From a virus: a DNA stretch of 64,000 bases. Position 1 is the first letter of the stretch. Each line of letters opens with the position of its first letter. The notes under the pieces are model-generated. The model was not told where the DNA came from, made no database searches, and saw only the letters and a program-made list of their open reading frames with translations. The stretch spans positions 39,851-103,850 of the IMG/VR virus record IMGVR_UViG_3300045988_027877; one strand, written 5' to 3'. Made by a program: the position numbers and the translations under genes. This document shows, piece by piece, positions 37,401-46,620 of the stretch.

Positions 37401-38773
37401 TGCAATTATATGGAGAAGAATCTAAATCTATACTTAAGAAATTTGCAGAGGATAGTAAGATAGGTAAATTCTTTGGATTAGCAGGTAAAGAAGTAAACTT
37501 CTCTAAAGTAATCCACAGTATTAAGAACTATGGTCAATTACTTGGATTAGGTCTCAACTTAGCTGTTGGAGCTACAGGTATGGCTACAGCTTTTTTGGCT
37601 CAGCTAGGTATGGCCGCTAATGGTAGATATTTCGATTTTTCTTCTTTTTCCAAGGCATATTTCAATATGGTAAGTAACTTGTTTGGTATAGTATAGTATG
37701 CAAAAGATACTACCACTAACAACAAGTATGTGGCATTGATGCAGAGATTCGAAATAGGCACAGAATTCTAGAATGCTTTTAGAAACTCTAATAGAATTGG
37801 TATAATAAACACGATAAGTAGGAACTGGGCGTTCGGAATTTTTTCATTTTCTGATTTTGTAATCAAAGGTACTATACTAAATTCGATTATGAATAACTAT
37901 AGATACTACAATGGAAGATTCTATAATAGTCAATAGTTCAATTAGTTATTCTCTAACAAAGAAGATGCAAAAAATATCTGGAGAACTCTATAGAGTACTT
38001 ATGATATAATTGAAATAGAAAATGGAAATATTGTAATTAGAGATAAAGCATAGGCTAAAGCTTTTGCTGAAGTATAGAATGAAATTAGTAATAGTGCTAG
38101 AGCTCTTTCTGCTACAGCTGATGGACAGTTAACAGAAGAATAGAAAGCACAATTTGCTTCTAATGCTTTTGGTTCACTTATAATGATGTTCCGTAACTAT
38201 ATACCAAATATTATTAGTGAGAGAATCACTATGAAAAAATAGTATGATTATAATTTAGGTATGGAACGTGAAGCTTTATTAAGAACTATAGGTAGAGTAG
38301 TACCTATGTTAATAAAAGATTGGAATAGTCGTAAACAACTAGATGCATCTGATATAGGGAATATTAGACAGTTTGGTTACGAAATGACTATGATTGCTCT
38401 ATTATCATTTGTAGTTAAACCTCTATTAGTTGAAGCTGCTGATGATGATCGAGATAATTGGGTTAAGAATTTCTTAGCTCTTCTAGTAACTAGAACTGGA
38501 TTTGAGTACGGTAATCAATATAATCCTCTAGACTTACTTAATACTATTACTTCAGTAAGTTCTATATTTGATATAATGAATCCGTTCACTAATCTTTTAT
38601 CACTTAGCGAAATGTGGGAAGTTGCTATTAATAATAAGAAAATTAAGTATGGAGCCTATAAAGGTGATACTAAATTAGAAAGATGGTTATGGAAAATGAC
38701 TCCATTTAAGAATGTTAAAGAGATTCAAGATCCGGCAATCAAACGAAAGTATTACGAACAATTATACAAATAA
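34451..38773 (+). CDS. very large hypothetical protein (1440 aa), last gene of + block
   Basis: Listed ORFs 34451.., 35759.., 36911.., 37271.. and 38261.. share one frame. The gaps contain only TAG (23 by my count). A hydrophobic segment GLGLNLAVGATGMATAFLAQLGMAANG is present. Stop TAA. Confidence 0.75.
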
Positions 38774-38777
38774 AAAT

Positions 38778-38803
38778 AAAGGCTACTATTTCTAGTAGCC
38801 TTT
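38778..38803. terminator. bidirectional hairpin between the convergent gene blocks
   Basis: aaaggctacta-tttc-tagtagccttt lies between + stop 38773 and - stop 38826. Confidence 0.65.
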
Positions 38804-38825
38804 ATCGTTTGAAGTGCCTTGGAGG

Positions 38826-39329
38826 TTAGCACTCTTCTGGCATGTCTTCGAAGGGATCTTCGATAACATCACCAAAAGGGATGACGGATTTTATTTCGTG
38901 AAATTCATTAGTAAACAATACACTTGGCAAATTAGTACGAATACCATTAAATAGCTCAAGTGTCTTACTCATTTCGGATTTACTTAGTTCTGCGGGTCCA
39001 CCGCTGATTAGTATATCTCTACGAGTTTTAATTTCTTTAGGTAAAGTAAATACAGCTATTTCATACCACTGGTCATTTATTCGAATCTGACGTAGACTAT
39101 GAAAATACTTATTCTTTCTTAGCTCGTATTGAAGATTCAACAATGCTTTTATTGTTGTTTCTCTATACATTACAAATAAGTTATCACAGAAATAAGGTTC
39201 ATCTGGATAATCTGTATATACATTTACAAGATTTTCGTTTACTAACTTCTTATTGTCTATCACTAAGTGCAACAAACAAGCTGTTGCTTCATTTAAGTTC
39301 TTCAGTTCCATTATTCTCGTAATATTCAC
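38826..39329 (-). CDS. hypothetical protein with acidic C-terminus
   Basis: Intact 167-aa ORF, stop TAA. It overlaps the upstream gene by 41 nt. Confidence 0.6.
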   Translation of the reverse strand: MNITRIMELKNLNEATACLLHLVIDNKKLVNENLVNVYTDYPDEPYFCDNLFVMYRETTIKALLNLQYELRKNKYFHSLRQIRINDQWYEIAVFTLPKEIKTRRDILISGGPAELSKSEMSKTLELFNGIRTNLPSVLFTNEFHEIKSVIPFGDVIEDPFEDMPEEC

Positions 39330-40263
39330 GAGTATGGTCCCAATTTCCTGTCTGATAATGATATGATATTTCTGTCAACGCTTCTGATATTAGGTCTTTA
39401 CGGGCCAATAACTCTTGTTCGTTTAACATGTTAAATACGCGTATCTCATTATTACCATTACTTTGGATAGCAATGATATACGCTTCAAGATCATAGTCTT
39501 CTATATCGTAACCTTCCTCTTTCATATACCAAGTAAGAGCAAGTATATAGAAGGCTATTTGTCTATAATAATCATACTCTTCTACAGAGTGTTTGAAGTT
39601 ATAGACATCAGCAGTTGTTTTCAGGTCAATGAGTACAATTTTACGTTCTGCATGATCAATTTTAACTCTATCTAGCAGTGATTTACACATGACCTGTTGT
39701 TTCTCGGCTTCCCAGTTGATATGAAATTCATTATGGCATTCAATACCAGGCTGGTTTTCAAGCAACTCTTTTGCTTTAATGTGATTATATATATTCTCTT
39801 TAATGCGTTTTAGCATTGTAAGATCTGCGAATGATATAATCTTATACGTTTGATTCTTATCTAAGAACTCAATGTATTCAGCAAATTTGAGTTGTAATTC
39901 TTTTGCTTTTTTCAGTATAGCATCTTTTGACATATTATTGCCAGAGTAAGATGCTTTGTACGCATTTATAAGTTTATCTTCTTCTAGTATTTCAGTAGAA
40001 TTGAAGTAAGCTTCACAGAAAGCTAACTGTTGAGTTGTCTTGGGTTTCTCATAATCAATTATCATATAATTCTCCCAAAACTCTTCAGGTTGAAGTAGAT
40101 ACATGTGAATCATAGTTCCCTTATCAAGATACTTACCACTAATACCTTCTTCTTTACCATCAAGCATATCCTTGAGGTATCGCGGTCCTTTCTTTAAGAA
40201 CCACCCGATTGCTGAATTTGATATTCGCGTGTTATCTTCATAATACGGAATCTCTATTTTCAT
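39289..40263 (-). CDS. PD-(D/E)XK family nuclease (RecB/Cas4-like exonuclease)
   Basis: Motifs VLIDLKTT and EYDYYRQIAFY fit the PD-(D/E)XK D..(D/E)xK plus Y..Q..Y pattern. Stop TGA. Confidence 0.65.
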   Translation of the reverse strand: MKIEIPYYEDNTRISNSAIGWFLKKGPRYLKDMLDGKEEGISGKYLDKGTMIHMYLLQPEEFWENYMIIDYEKPKTTQQLAFCEAYFNSTEILEEDKLINAYKASYSGNNMSKDAILKKAKELQLKFAEYIEFLDKNQTYKIISFADLTMLKRIKENIYNHIKAKELLENQPGIECHNEFHINWEAEKQQVMCKSLLDRVKIDHAERKIVLIDLKTTADVYNFKHSVEEYDYYRQIAFYILALTWYMKEEGYDIEDYDLEAYIIAIQSNGNNEIRVFNMLNEQELLARKDLISEALTEISYHYQTGNWDHTREYYENNGTEELK

Positions 40264-40367
40264 GCTGCTAAATATAAATCGGTTTCAACTTCCATGTTTG
40301 TATTCCATGGGATCTCGTCTTCTATATCCTGACGGATATGTTTAGACATCTTGTATATGACTATCAT
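40260..40367 (-). CDS. possible 35-aa ORF
   Basis: ATG at 40367. Its TGA overlaps ATG 40263 of the next gene (ATGA). It fills an otherwise empty gap. Confidence 0.25.
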   Translation of the reverse strand: MIVIYKMSKHIRQDIEDEIPWNTNMEVETDLYLAA

Positions 40368-40384
40368 TAGAAATAAAATCATAA

Positions 40385-41269
40385 TTAAAGTGGATTCAAA
40401 ATCTTATTCTCCATTATTTCGATACATACTTCATCCATATCAGATGACTGTGTATCATCCTGAGTAGATACTTTGTTCTCTTCTTTTATTTTTTCAGTAG
40501 AAATATTCATATCTTTAACTATTTGAGTTAAAGGCATGTCTTCAAAGAGAACAACTTCATCTAAGAATGCAGAAATATTATCAAATGATTTTACTTTCAT
40601 ATATTCGTTAATGAAGTTCACAACTTCATCTATATTCTTAACTCCCTTATCTTCTGCCATATAGCGTACAAATACCGAGTTAGAATTAGCTTCATACTGT
40701 TTGAAATAACGAACACGTGAGCATCTATCGAAGAAGTTTTCGTCTATCTTTTCTGCTCTATTACAAGTCATTAATACAAGTTTCTTTGCTGTTGACTCTA
40801 CTCCATCTAAGAATCCTAATAGATCCTTAGTTTCCCACCAATAATCGTTCTTCTCAATCTCATCAAACATGATTACTACAGGAGTAGTAAAGTTTTTGAA
40901 GAACGCACTTAGTTTATCAGCAGGATAGTCAGTTGCAACAACAATAATAGGTAGATTACTTTCTAAGGCAATACGTTTAGAGAGCATTGTTTTGCCTGTA
41001 CCTTTAGTACCAGCAAGTAATACACCTGTTGTTTGGTTAGAACTTTCAGAATTGAAATAAGTAAGCACACGGTTAATAAAGTTATTATCCTCATCTAGCT
41101 TATACAGTTTCTTTGGCATATTCAAATCACCATTTTCTACTAAATAAGATTTTCCTTCCATACGATTGTACTTCAGATCATATACTTTACCTTTAATAAG
41201 TTCATATGCTAATCCTTCTAACTTTGGTTTAACTGTGATCTCATTACCTACTTTAATAAATTCTGCCAT
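40385..41269 (-). CDS. AAA+ ATPase
   Basis: Walker A LAGTKGTGKT and Walker B VVIMFDEIEK. Confidence 0.75.
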   Translation of the reverse strand: MAEFIKVGNEITVKPKLEGLAYELIKGKVYDLKYNRMEGKSYLVENGDLNMPKKLYKLDEDNNFINRVLTYFNSESSNQTTGVLLAGTKGTGKTMLSKRIALESNLPIIVVATDYPADKLSAFFKNFTTPVVIMFDEIEKNDYWWETKDLLGFLDGVESTAKKLVLMTCNRAEKIDENFFDRCSRVRYFKQYEANSNSVFVRYMAEDKGVKNIDEVVNFINEYMKVKSFDNISAFLDEVVLFEDMPLTQIVKDMNISTEKIKEENKVSTQDDTQSSDMDEVCIEIMENKILNPL

Positions 41270-41280
41270 AACTTCTGTTT

Positions 41281-41658
41281 TTATGTTTTTAGTTTGTCGA
41301 TTAACTCATCGACTTGTTTCTACGTATGTACAACATAGAACGCTGTTTTAGGTTCATGTGTGTACAAATAATAGTTAAATAACTTTTCACGCAAAGGCCA
41401 CGCCTCATTAGGGAAGCCTTTACATTCAATCACGAAACCTTTACCAACAAAGTCTGGTAAATAGGTCATCGGTCTGTATCTTTTGTTTCCAAAAGTAAAA
41501 GCTGGAAGAAGTTCGTATCTGTGCTGCTCATAGTCTGCCTAGATCTTTGCTTCTTTCAGCTTTTTATATGTATAAGTTTCCAGTTTACTTCGGAATTTTA
41601 TTCCATCGTATTCATTAGGAGTTGCGTTTCTTACTTTTCCAGTCTTCTATTTTTTCAT
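41281..41658 (-). CDS. DUF1064-like endonuclease (Holliday-junction-resolvase-like), TAG read through
   Basis: Not in the ORF track. ATG 41658 to TAA 41281 spans 126 codons with 3 in-frame TAGs, the first at codon 4. Translation: MKK(TAG)KTGKVRNATPNEYDGIKFRSKLE...YLPDFVGKGFVIECKG. Confidence 0.6.
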
Positions 41659-41965
41659 AAAAGAATTCTTTAATATAAAATATTATATTATCTATTTTCC
41701 ACCATAACTTCTTATAAAAAGGAGTTTTACGTAAGTCATCTTCGATGCGCTTATAATATTCTTCTTCTGAAAAAGTAAGTAATGCTATATACATGTCGTC
41801 CCGTTCACTACTACATGTAGTGCACCAGTCGATAATATCTTTCTCTTCCCACATATCTTGACGAATCACGACATCTGGGTCCTTTTCATCTTCTTCTAAG
41901 AAACGATTATTTTGAAATTCTTCTCTATAATTTTCAAGAAGTTCGATAAGTTTAGATAACTTCAT
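41615..41965 (-). CDS. hypothetical protein
   Basis: Intact 116-aa ORF. It overlaps the recoded gene 41281..41658 by 44 nt. Confidence 0.55.
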   Translation of the reverse strand: MKLSKLIELLENYREEFQNNRFLEEDEKDPDVVIRQDMWEEKDIIDWCTTCSSERDDMYIALLTFSEEEYYKRIEDDLRKTPFYKKLWWKIDNIIFYIKEFFYEKIEDWKSKKRNS

Positions 41966-41966
41966 G

Positions 41967-42932
41967 CTATAATTGTTTTGTTAACCAGTTCTTTACTTTT
42001 TCAAATCCATTAGCTTTAATAGCATCAGATATATCTTTTGCTTTAAATCTTTTATGGACTAGCATACCTTCTAAGCCTGTTTTTTGGCTCATTTTACGGA
42101 GATATTTCACTCCAGCTTCATCTCTATCAAACATTATAATAATACGTTTAAAGCGCTTCTTTAGGTGCTCTAAGACATCATTCGGAATAAATGTTGATTC
42201 AGATGAAGGTGAAATGGCAGGTATTCCCATTTCATATAGACACATGACATCCTTCATACTCTTAGTAATTATTAGGATATCACCTTTCTTTGGTAGTTGC
42301 TTATAACCTTGAATATCATATTCAGTAAGGTTATTACGCCACTTTGTATATTTATCTGCTAAAGGTTTATATATCTTAAAATGATTATAAACCTTATAAG
42401 CATACATTGGATTATCTTCTTTATAAATGCTTTTTACTATGCCATTACATAGGTAGTACTTTATACTACTTACTCCAAATTTTTTTAGAGTTTCTACCGT
42501 AATATTAAACTGCTTCCAGTAATTGATATCAGTTTCAGTGAATTCCTGACGTACAACACCAATTACTGTTTCAGTTGACGGTATGTGTTGCTTAGAGCTA
42601 ACTAATTGCGTATCATTAGTAATCTTAAGTCTACTTACTATATCTTTAAGTATATCTGAATAGTTAGTAATGCCTGTGTAAAGCTCTATGAACTTTATTA
42701 CATTACCACATTCTCCAGTGCCATGATCTTTGAAGAGTAATTGCTTAGTCTTCCTACTATAAAAACAACCAAATGATGGTGTTTTATCTTTCCTTAAAGG
42801 AGAGTTATAGATCATGCCTACTTTAAAATTACCTATATACGCAGCATATATATCATATTCTGTTACTCTAGCTAATATCCATTCTAGAGTAATACCAAAA
42901 TTGTCTTTTACTTTACTTGTATCGTAAACCAT
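41967..42932 (-). CDS. DNA primase (Toprim/DnaG-like)
   Basis: Toprim motifs ILIITKSMKDVMCLYEMGIPAISPSSE and IIIMFDRDEAG. The ORF ends in TAG, followed 4 codons later by an in-frame TAA. Confidence 0.7.
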   Translation of the reverse strand: MVYDTSKVKDNFGITLEWILARVTEYDIYAAYIGNFKVGMIYNSPLRKDKTPSFGCFYSRKTKQLLFKDHGTGECGNVIKFIELYTGITNYSDILKDIVSRLKITNDTQLVSSKQHIPSTETVIGVVRQEFTETDINYWKQFNITVETLKKFGVSSIKYYLCNGIVKSIYKEDNPMYAYKVYNHFKIYKPLADKYTKWRNNLTEYDIQGYKQLPKKGDILIITKSMKDVMCLYEMGIPAISPSSESTFIPNDVLEHLKKRFKRIIIMFDRDEAGVKYLRKMSQKTGLEGMLVHKRFKAKDISDAIKANGFEKVKNWLTKQL

Positions 42933-42948
42933 GATATATAATTATTTG

Positions 42949-43006
42949 TGAAGGGAGTCAGATTCGAACTGACATCTGTAACTTCTCCTACAAGCTACTG
43001 TATTAG
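42949..43006 (-). ncRNA. tRNA-like 3' portion (anticodon-arm-like hairpin, T arm, acceptor 3' strand)
   Basis: AGCTT-GTAGGAG-AAGTT-ACAGAT-GTCAG-TTCGAAT-CTGAC-TCCCTTC-A. I found no matching 5' acceptor strand or D arm. Confidence 0.3.
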
Positions 43007-43054
43007 ACCTAGATAAGGGCGCCCCTATCGTGTTATACTATCCCAACTTATCAA

Positions 43055-43092
43055 ACGTGAGTACTTTCGTTAGACTCTACTTGTACTCACGT
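43055..43092 (-). terminator. 10-bp perfect hairpin downstream of SSB gene
   Basis: acgtgagtac paired with gtactcacgt, 18-nt loop. Confidence 0.4.
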
Positions 43093-43134
43093 ATTCCTAG
43101 CTTAAGCCCTAGGTGGCAGCTGTTTTAAGTACGA

Positions 43135-43761
43135 TTAGAACGGCAGATCGTCTGCTGGATCATTACCTACAGACAATTCATCTACTTTAGTCTCTTTATC
43201 GGCAATTACTGGTTTAGTAAACATGTCGATAGAGAGTTTCGTAATCATACTTTTATTTTCTGGATTTGTCTCTTTATCATAGAACCCTTCTGGAATATCC
43301 ATAGGTTCAATTACTGCATAAGAAACATATGAAGGTAAGGTTGTGTAACCTTTCTCATTATAAGTAACCTTCAATTTCAACAAGATATTCTTATTAGCAG
43401 CATTTAGCATAGCAATAGCCCAATCGGAGAACTCCTTATAGCTATTACCATTGAAGTTAATCAATTCTTTTGGATAGAAACATTTCAGTACACGCATAAT
43501 ACGTGTTACCTGATTAGTAATCTTACTTTGACTTTGTTCTTCAGTCTCTTCAGGTTTAATGTTTGGTTCCCATTCAGTATGTAACAATTCCTTTCCGTCT
43601 TTTTCAAAACGGAGCTCCATAAAGTTTTTACCAGTAGGAGAGGTCGCAGCTCTCGCACCAGTGAATTTCACATTATCGTGTATACCAGCTTCGAGAAACT
43701 TGCTATTCTTGTTACTATCTGTTATTACTATCTTGCTTGCTAATTCTGTACTGTAAATCAT
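43135..43761 (-). CDS. single-stranded DNA-binding protein
   Basis: Start taken at MIYSTEL (ATG 43761), 19 nt after the upstream stop. The acidic C-terminal tail GNDPADDLPF is typical of SSB tails. Confidence 0.6.
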   Translation of the reverse strand: MIYSTELASKIVITDSNKNSKFLEAGIHDNVKFTGARAATSPTGKNFMELRFEKDGKELLHTEWEPNIKPEETEEQSQSKITNQVTRIMRVLKCFYPKELINFNGNSYKEFSDWAIAMLNAANKNILLKLKVTYNEKGYTTLPSYVSYAVIEPMDIPEGFYDKETNPENKSMITKLSIDMFTKPVIADKETKVDELSVGNDPADDLPF

Positions 43762-43780
43762 AATTTCTTTGTTTTGTATG

Positions 43781-44524
43781 TTATTCTTCAGGTAAGAAAA
43801 TACGATCCATATGGAACGTAATATTGTTATCTTCGTCACTTTCAGCAACGACTATGTTCTTACCTCTTAGATGTGGTGCTCTTGCTTCTCTTACTATGTT
43901 ACTACCACCTTCAAATGAAATGATAGTTTCGTTTTTCTTACGATAGACATATCCAATAGCATCTGCTTCACCACAGATAATGTCTCCTAATCTACCAGTA
44001 AGATCAAGTGTCATTTCTGACATTTCTTGTCCTTCTACATTTATCTGTTTATCTCTCGTATGAGCAATCAATATAAGATGATCACTTAGATCTCTGAACA
44101 AGTCGATTACCTTCTTCACAGCCATTCTAAGCCACATATAGCCACTACCATTAGGTAGAGTACGAATGTCTGTTCCTTGATAATTTTTTCCTTGATTCGT
44201 ACTTTTATAAAGCTGTATGGCATAACCCATACATATCTCCTCTAGTCGAGTTGCATTATCTATAGTAATATACTTATACGGTTTCTTACCCGTACGACTA
44301 ATCTCTTCTTTAATTGCTGTAACAATATCTCCAAAATCCTTTACAGATCTTGCTTGAATAACTAAAGCAGATAAAGCCTGGTAACCGTTTTCCAGGTCGA
44401 TAATCAGATTGTTCTCTAGGGCTGCCATAAGACAGGATTTACCTGCCTTAGGCTTTCCATAGAAAACGGCAAACTTAGGATTACATACCTTTGCTTCGGT
44501 TTTTTCTTTTGGTAATACAATCAT
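43781..44524 (-). CDS. RecA-fold ATPase (AAA_24 / Sak4-like)
   Basis: N-terminal Walker A FYGKPKAGKS. Size and position beside the SSB fit this family. Confidence 0.6.
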   Translation of the reverse strand: MIVLPKEKTEAKVCNPKFAVFYGKPKAGKSCLMAALENNLIIDLENGYQALSALVIQARSVKDFGDIVTAIKEEISRTGKKPYKYITIDNATRLEEICMGYAIQLYKSTNQGKNYQGTDIRTLPNGSGYMWLRMAVKKVIDLFRDLSDHLILIAHTRDKQINVEGQEMSEMTLDLTGRLGDIICGEADAIGYVYRKKNETIISFEGGSNIVREARAPHLRGKNIVVAESDEDNNITFHMDRIFLPEE

Positions 44525-44604
44525 AAAGCTAATTTATTTCTTGTATTCCGCGTTTCTGGTAAACTCTGACAAATTCTGATAAGTACGGAATCTTAATATC
44601 TTAT

Positions 44605-45030
44605 TTAGAACAAACCACTATTCTTCAACTTAATTGTGATGTCGATAATGGTTTTCTTTGTTTTCGGTTTTAGGTGATTCAGAGAACCCGGTGTAATAGG
44701 AATTACATCGTAGCCAATCTGAACGAAATTATCGAAGATACGAATCGGAGTACCGAACTCGTCTTCAAAGTCATAGTCTTTAGCTGTTACACTAAGAGCG
44801 CTCATGAATTTGAAGAACTCATCCTCCAAGTCGCTAATATTAAACGGACATTTTGTTCCAGCAGGGCAAGAAATTGTATCTAGATAATAGTAATCAAAGA
44901 TCTCTTTGTCTTCTTTCTTTTTACCCAGCCAAGGATAAGCGTTCAATATTTTATCAGCAAGAATGTTCTTGTTGTTAAAAGCACTAGTATTGTTTTTCTT
45001 CGGTAATGTAAATGAATATTTTGTAATCAT
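44605..45030 (-). CDS. hypothetical protein
   Basis: Intact 141-aa ORF, stop TAA. Confidence 0.55.
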   Translation of the reverse strand: MITKYSFTLPKKNNTSAFNNKNILADKILNAYPWLGKKKEDKEIFDYYYLDTISCPAGTKCPFNISDLEDEFFKFMSALSVTAKDYDFEDEFGTPIRIFDNFVQIGYDVIPITPGSLNHLKPKTKKTIIDITIKLKNSGLF

Positions 45031-45055
45031 AATTTTCAGCCTTTAATTGTTATTA

Positions 45056-46018
45056 CTAAAACGAAATCTTCTTTGCAGGTTCCGTATTCTTTAGCGTTTC
45101 AATTAAATTATTGTATTTTAAATCATTGTCAAACTCTAGAATTGCACATTCTCCAGCATCTCTATTCTTTAAGATGTGGAGATATACCTTATTCTTAACT
45201 AGTAGACGATTTGGTCCATACTGCTGTATATTGAGCAATTCTGGTCTGTGAATACAGATAACGTAATCTGACGCGTGAAATATAGTATCCGCAGAAGAAA
45301 TATCACTACGCATTGGATAATGCATAGATGGATTGTTAATCCTATCAGGAGCCTCAATGTTTCGGTTCATCTGTGATAACTGGATTATAGTAGTATTAGG
45401 GTACTTTTTAACCCTAATAAACAGTTTCTGTAAATCCGAAATCACTTTCAGTGCAGATTCTTGACCTTCTACAAGCAAGGTATGGTCTAGGATAATAATA
45501 AATTTCTTATCCTTAGCATAATTCTCATAGAAGTAATCAATAGTAGAAGCTATTTCTCCAACCGTCCCAGGTGTATCTACATAATATATCTGGTATGATT
45601 TTATCTGTTGAGATGCTTTCTCAACTTCTGCTAATGTTTCATCTGCAAGATCTCCATTAGCGCTGTATAGCTGTGCAGTAGTTTGCCTTAACTTACTACT
45701 TAATTTTCTACCTACCTGCCTTGAACTTAACATCTCAAATGAGAAGTTAAGCACGACGACATCCTGATCTGGATTTAGGTCTATCAAATCAGTTTCTAAC
45801 GTATTAACAAATGATGATTTACCACTACCTGATATACCTACTATAGTATATATCGTATTCGGTTCAATACCACCCATACAATGTGTATTGAACTTATTCC
45901 ATCTTGTCTTAAGAGATTGAATCTGATGATTCTTTCTCTCTCTGATATACTCTACTGCTTCATTAGCAGCAGTAGAGATATGACGGAAAGTAAGTGTATT
46001 AGTAGAGTTCTGTTCCAT
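45056..46018 (-). CDS. DnaB-like replicative helicase (RecA-fold C-terminal domain)
   Basis: Walker A GISGSGKSSF and Walker B FIIILDH. The ORF ends TAG-TAA-TAA. Confidence 0.7.
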   Translation of the reverse strand: MEQNSTNTLTFRHISTAANEAVEYIRERKNHQIQSLKTRWNKFNTHCMGGIEPNTIYTIVGISGSGKSSFVNTLETDLIDLNPDQDVVVLNFSFEMLSSRQVGRKLSSKLRQTTAQLYSANGDLADETLAEVEKASQQIKSYQIYYVDTPGTVGEIASTIDYFYENYAKDKKFIIILDHTLLVEGQESALKVISDLQKLFIRVKKYPNTTIIQLSQMNRNIEAPDRINNPSMHYPMRSDISSADTIFHASDYVICIHRPELLNIQQYGPNRLLVKNKVYLHILKNRDAGECAILEFDNDLKYNNLIETLKNTEPAKKISF

Positions 46019-46565
46019 AACTATTACTAATTACAGGTTCCTCTACTTTCATTTGCTCCTCGTAGGTTTCCCACTCGTGTTGAGTGAGCCATTTCCACAT
46101 AGTTTTCATATAACCTATTTTACCGGTTAGCATTTTATTATCTATCTCGAAAGATAAACAATTCATTATATGCTGATGCATAGCTCTGCTTTTACCGACT
46201 ATTCGATTATACTCTTTCCTACATTTGTTTACATTAGCCCTTAAGAAACCTTTAGTTCCATCAGGTCTTATAACATAAACTGGAAATAGGTCATAGAATT
46301 CATCAAACATAGATTTATCTTCTTTTAGAAGTTCCTCTAGTTTTGCTGTTTTCTTTATGACTGTGGTATCGTCTACAGTGCTGGTAGCGATTAAACCACG
46401 AGATTCTAACTCTTGTATCTCTTCTTCATTAACTAGGCTGAGAAGTTTCTGAATGTCTTGATTGATGTTTTTGAAATCACTCAATACAAGTGTTAGGAAT
46501 ACTAGCTGATTAATAGATAAATTTTCAATCCTGTCAAGGATTGAGGTGTCTATTTCTAAAATCAT
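45999..46565 (-). CDS. hypothetical protein
   Basis: Intact 188-aa ORF overlapping the helicase start by 20 nt. Confidence 0.55.
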   Translation of the reverse strand: MILEIDTSILDRIENLSINQLVFLTLVLSDFKNINQDIQKLLSLVNEEEIQELESRGLIATSTVDDTTVIKKTAKLEELLKEDKSMFDEFYDLFPVYVIRPDGTKGFLRANVNKCRKEYNRIVGKSRAMHQHIMNCLSFEIDNKMLTGKIGYMKTMWKWLTQHEWETYEEQMKVEEPVISNSYGTELY

Positions 46566-46620
46566 AGTCTCATATATTATATGAGCTTACGGTTTCTGAA
46601 ATTATCTGATAAAGCCTCTG

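Noticed and set aside
3447-38773. Fragmented + strand ORFs read as pseudogenes, frameshifts or assembly errors
   Set aside because: All breaks are TAG and the reading frame never changes across them. No TAA or TGA occurs in the gaps I translated, and conserved motifs continue across the breaks. This pattern fits codon reassignment, not decay.
1-38773. TGA or TAA reassignment instead of, or in addition to, TAG
   Set aside because: TGA and TAA close every gene model in the block, often with ATGA start/stop overlaps. I never needed to read through either codon.
43135-43848. Long form of the SSB ORF starting at 43848
   Set aside because: It would overlap the upstream ATPase gene by 68 nt. The internal ATG at 43761 gives a 19-nt spacer and a plausible N-terminus.
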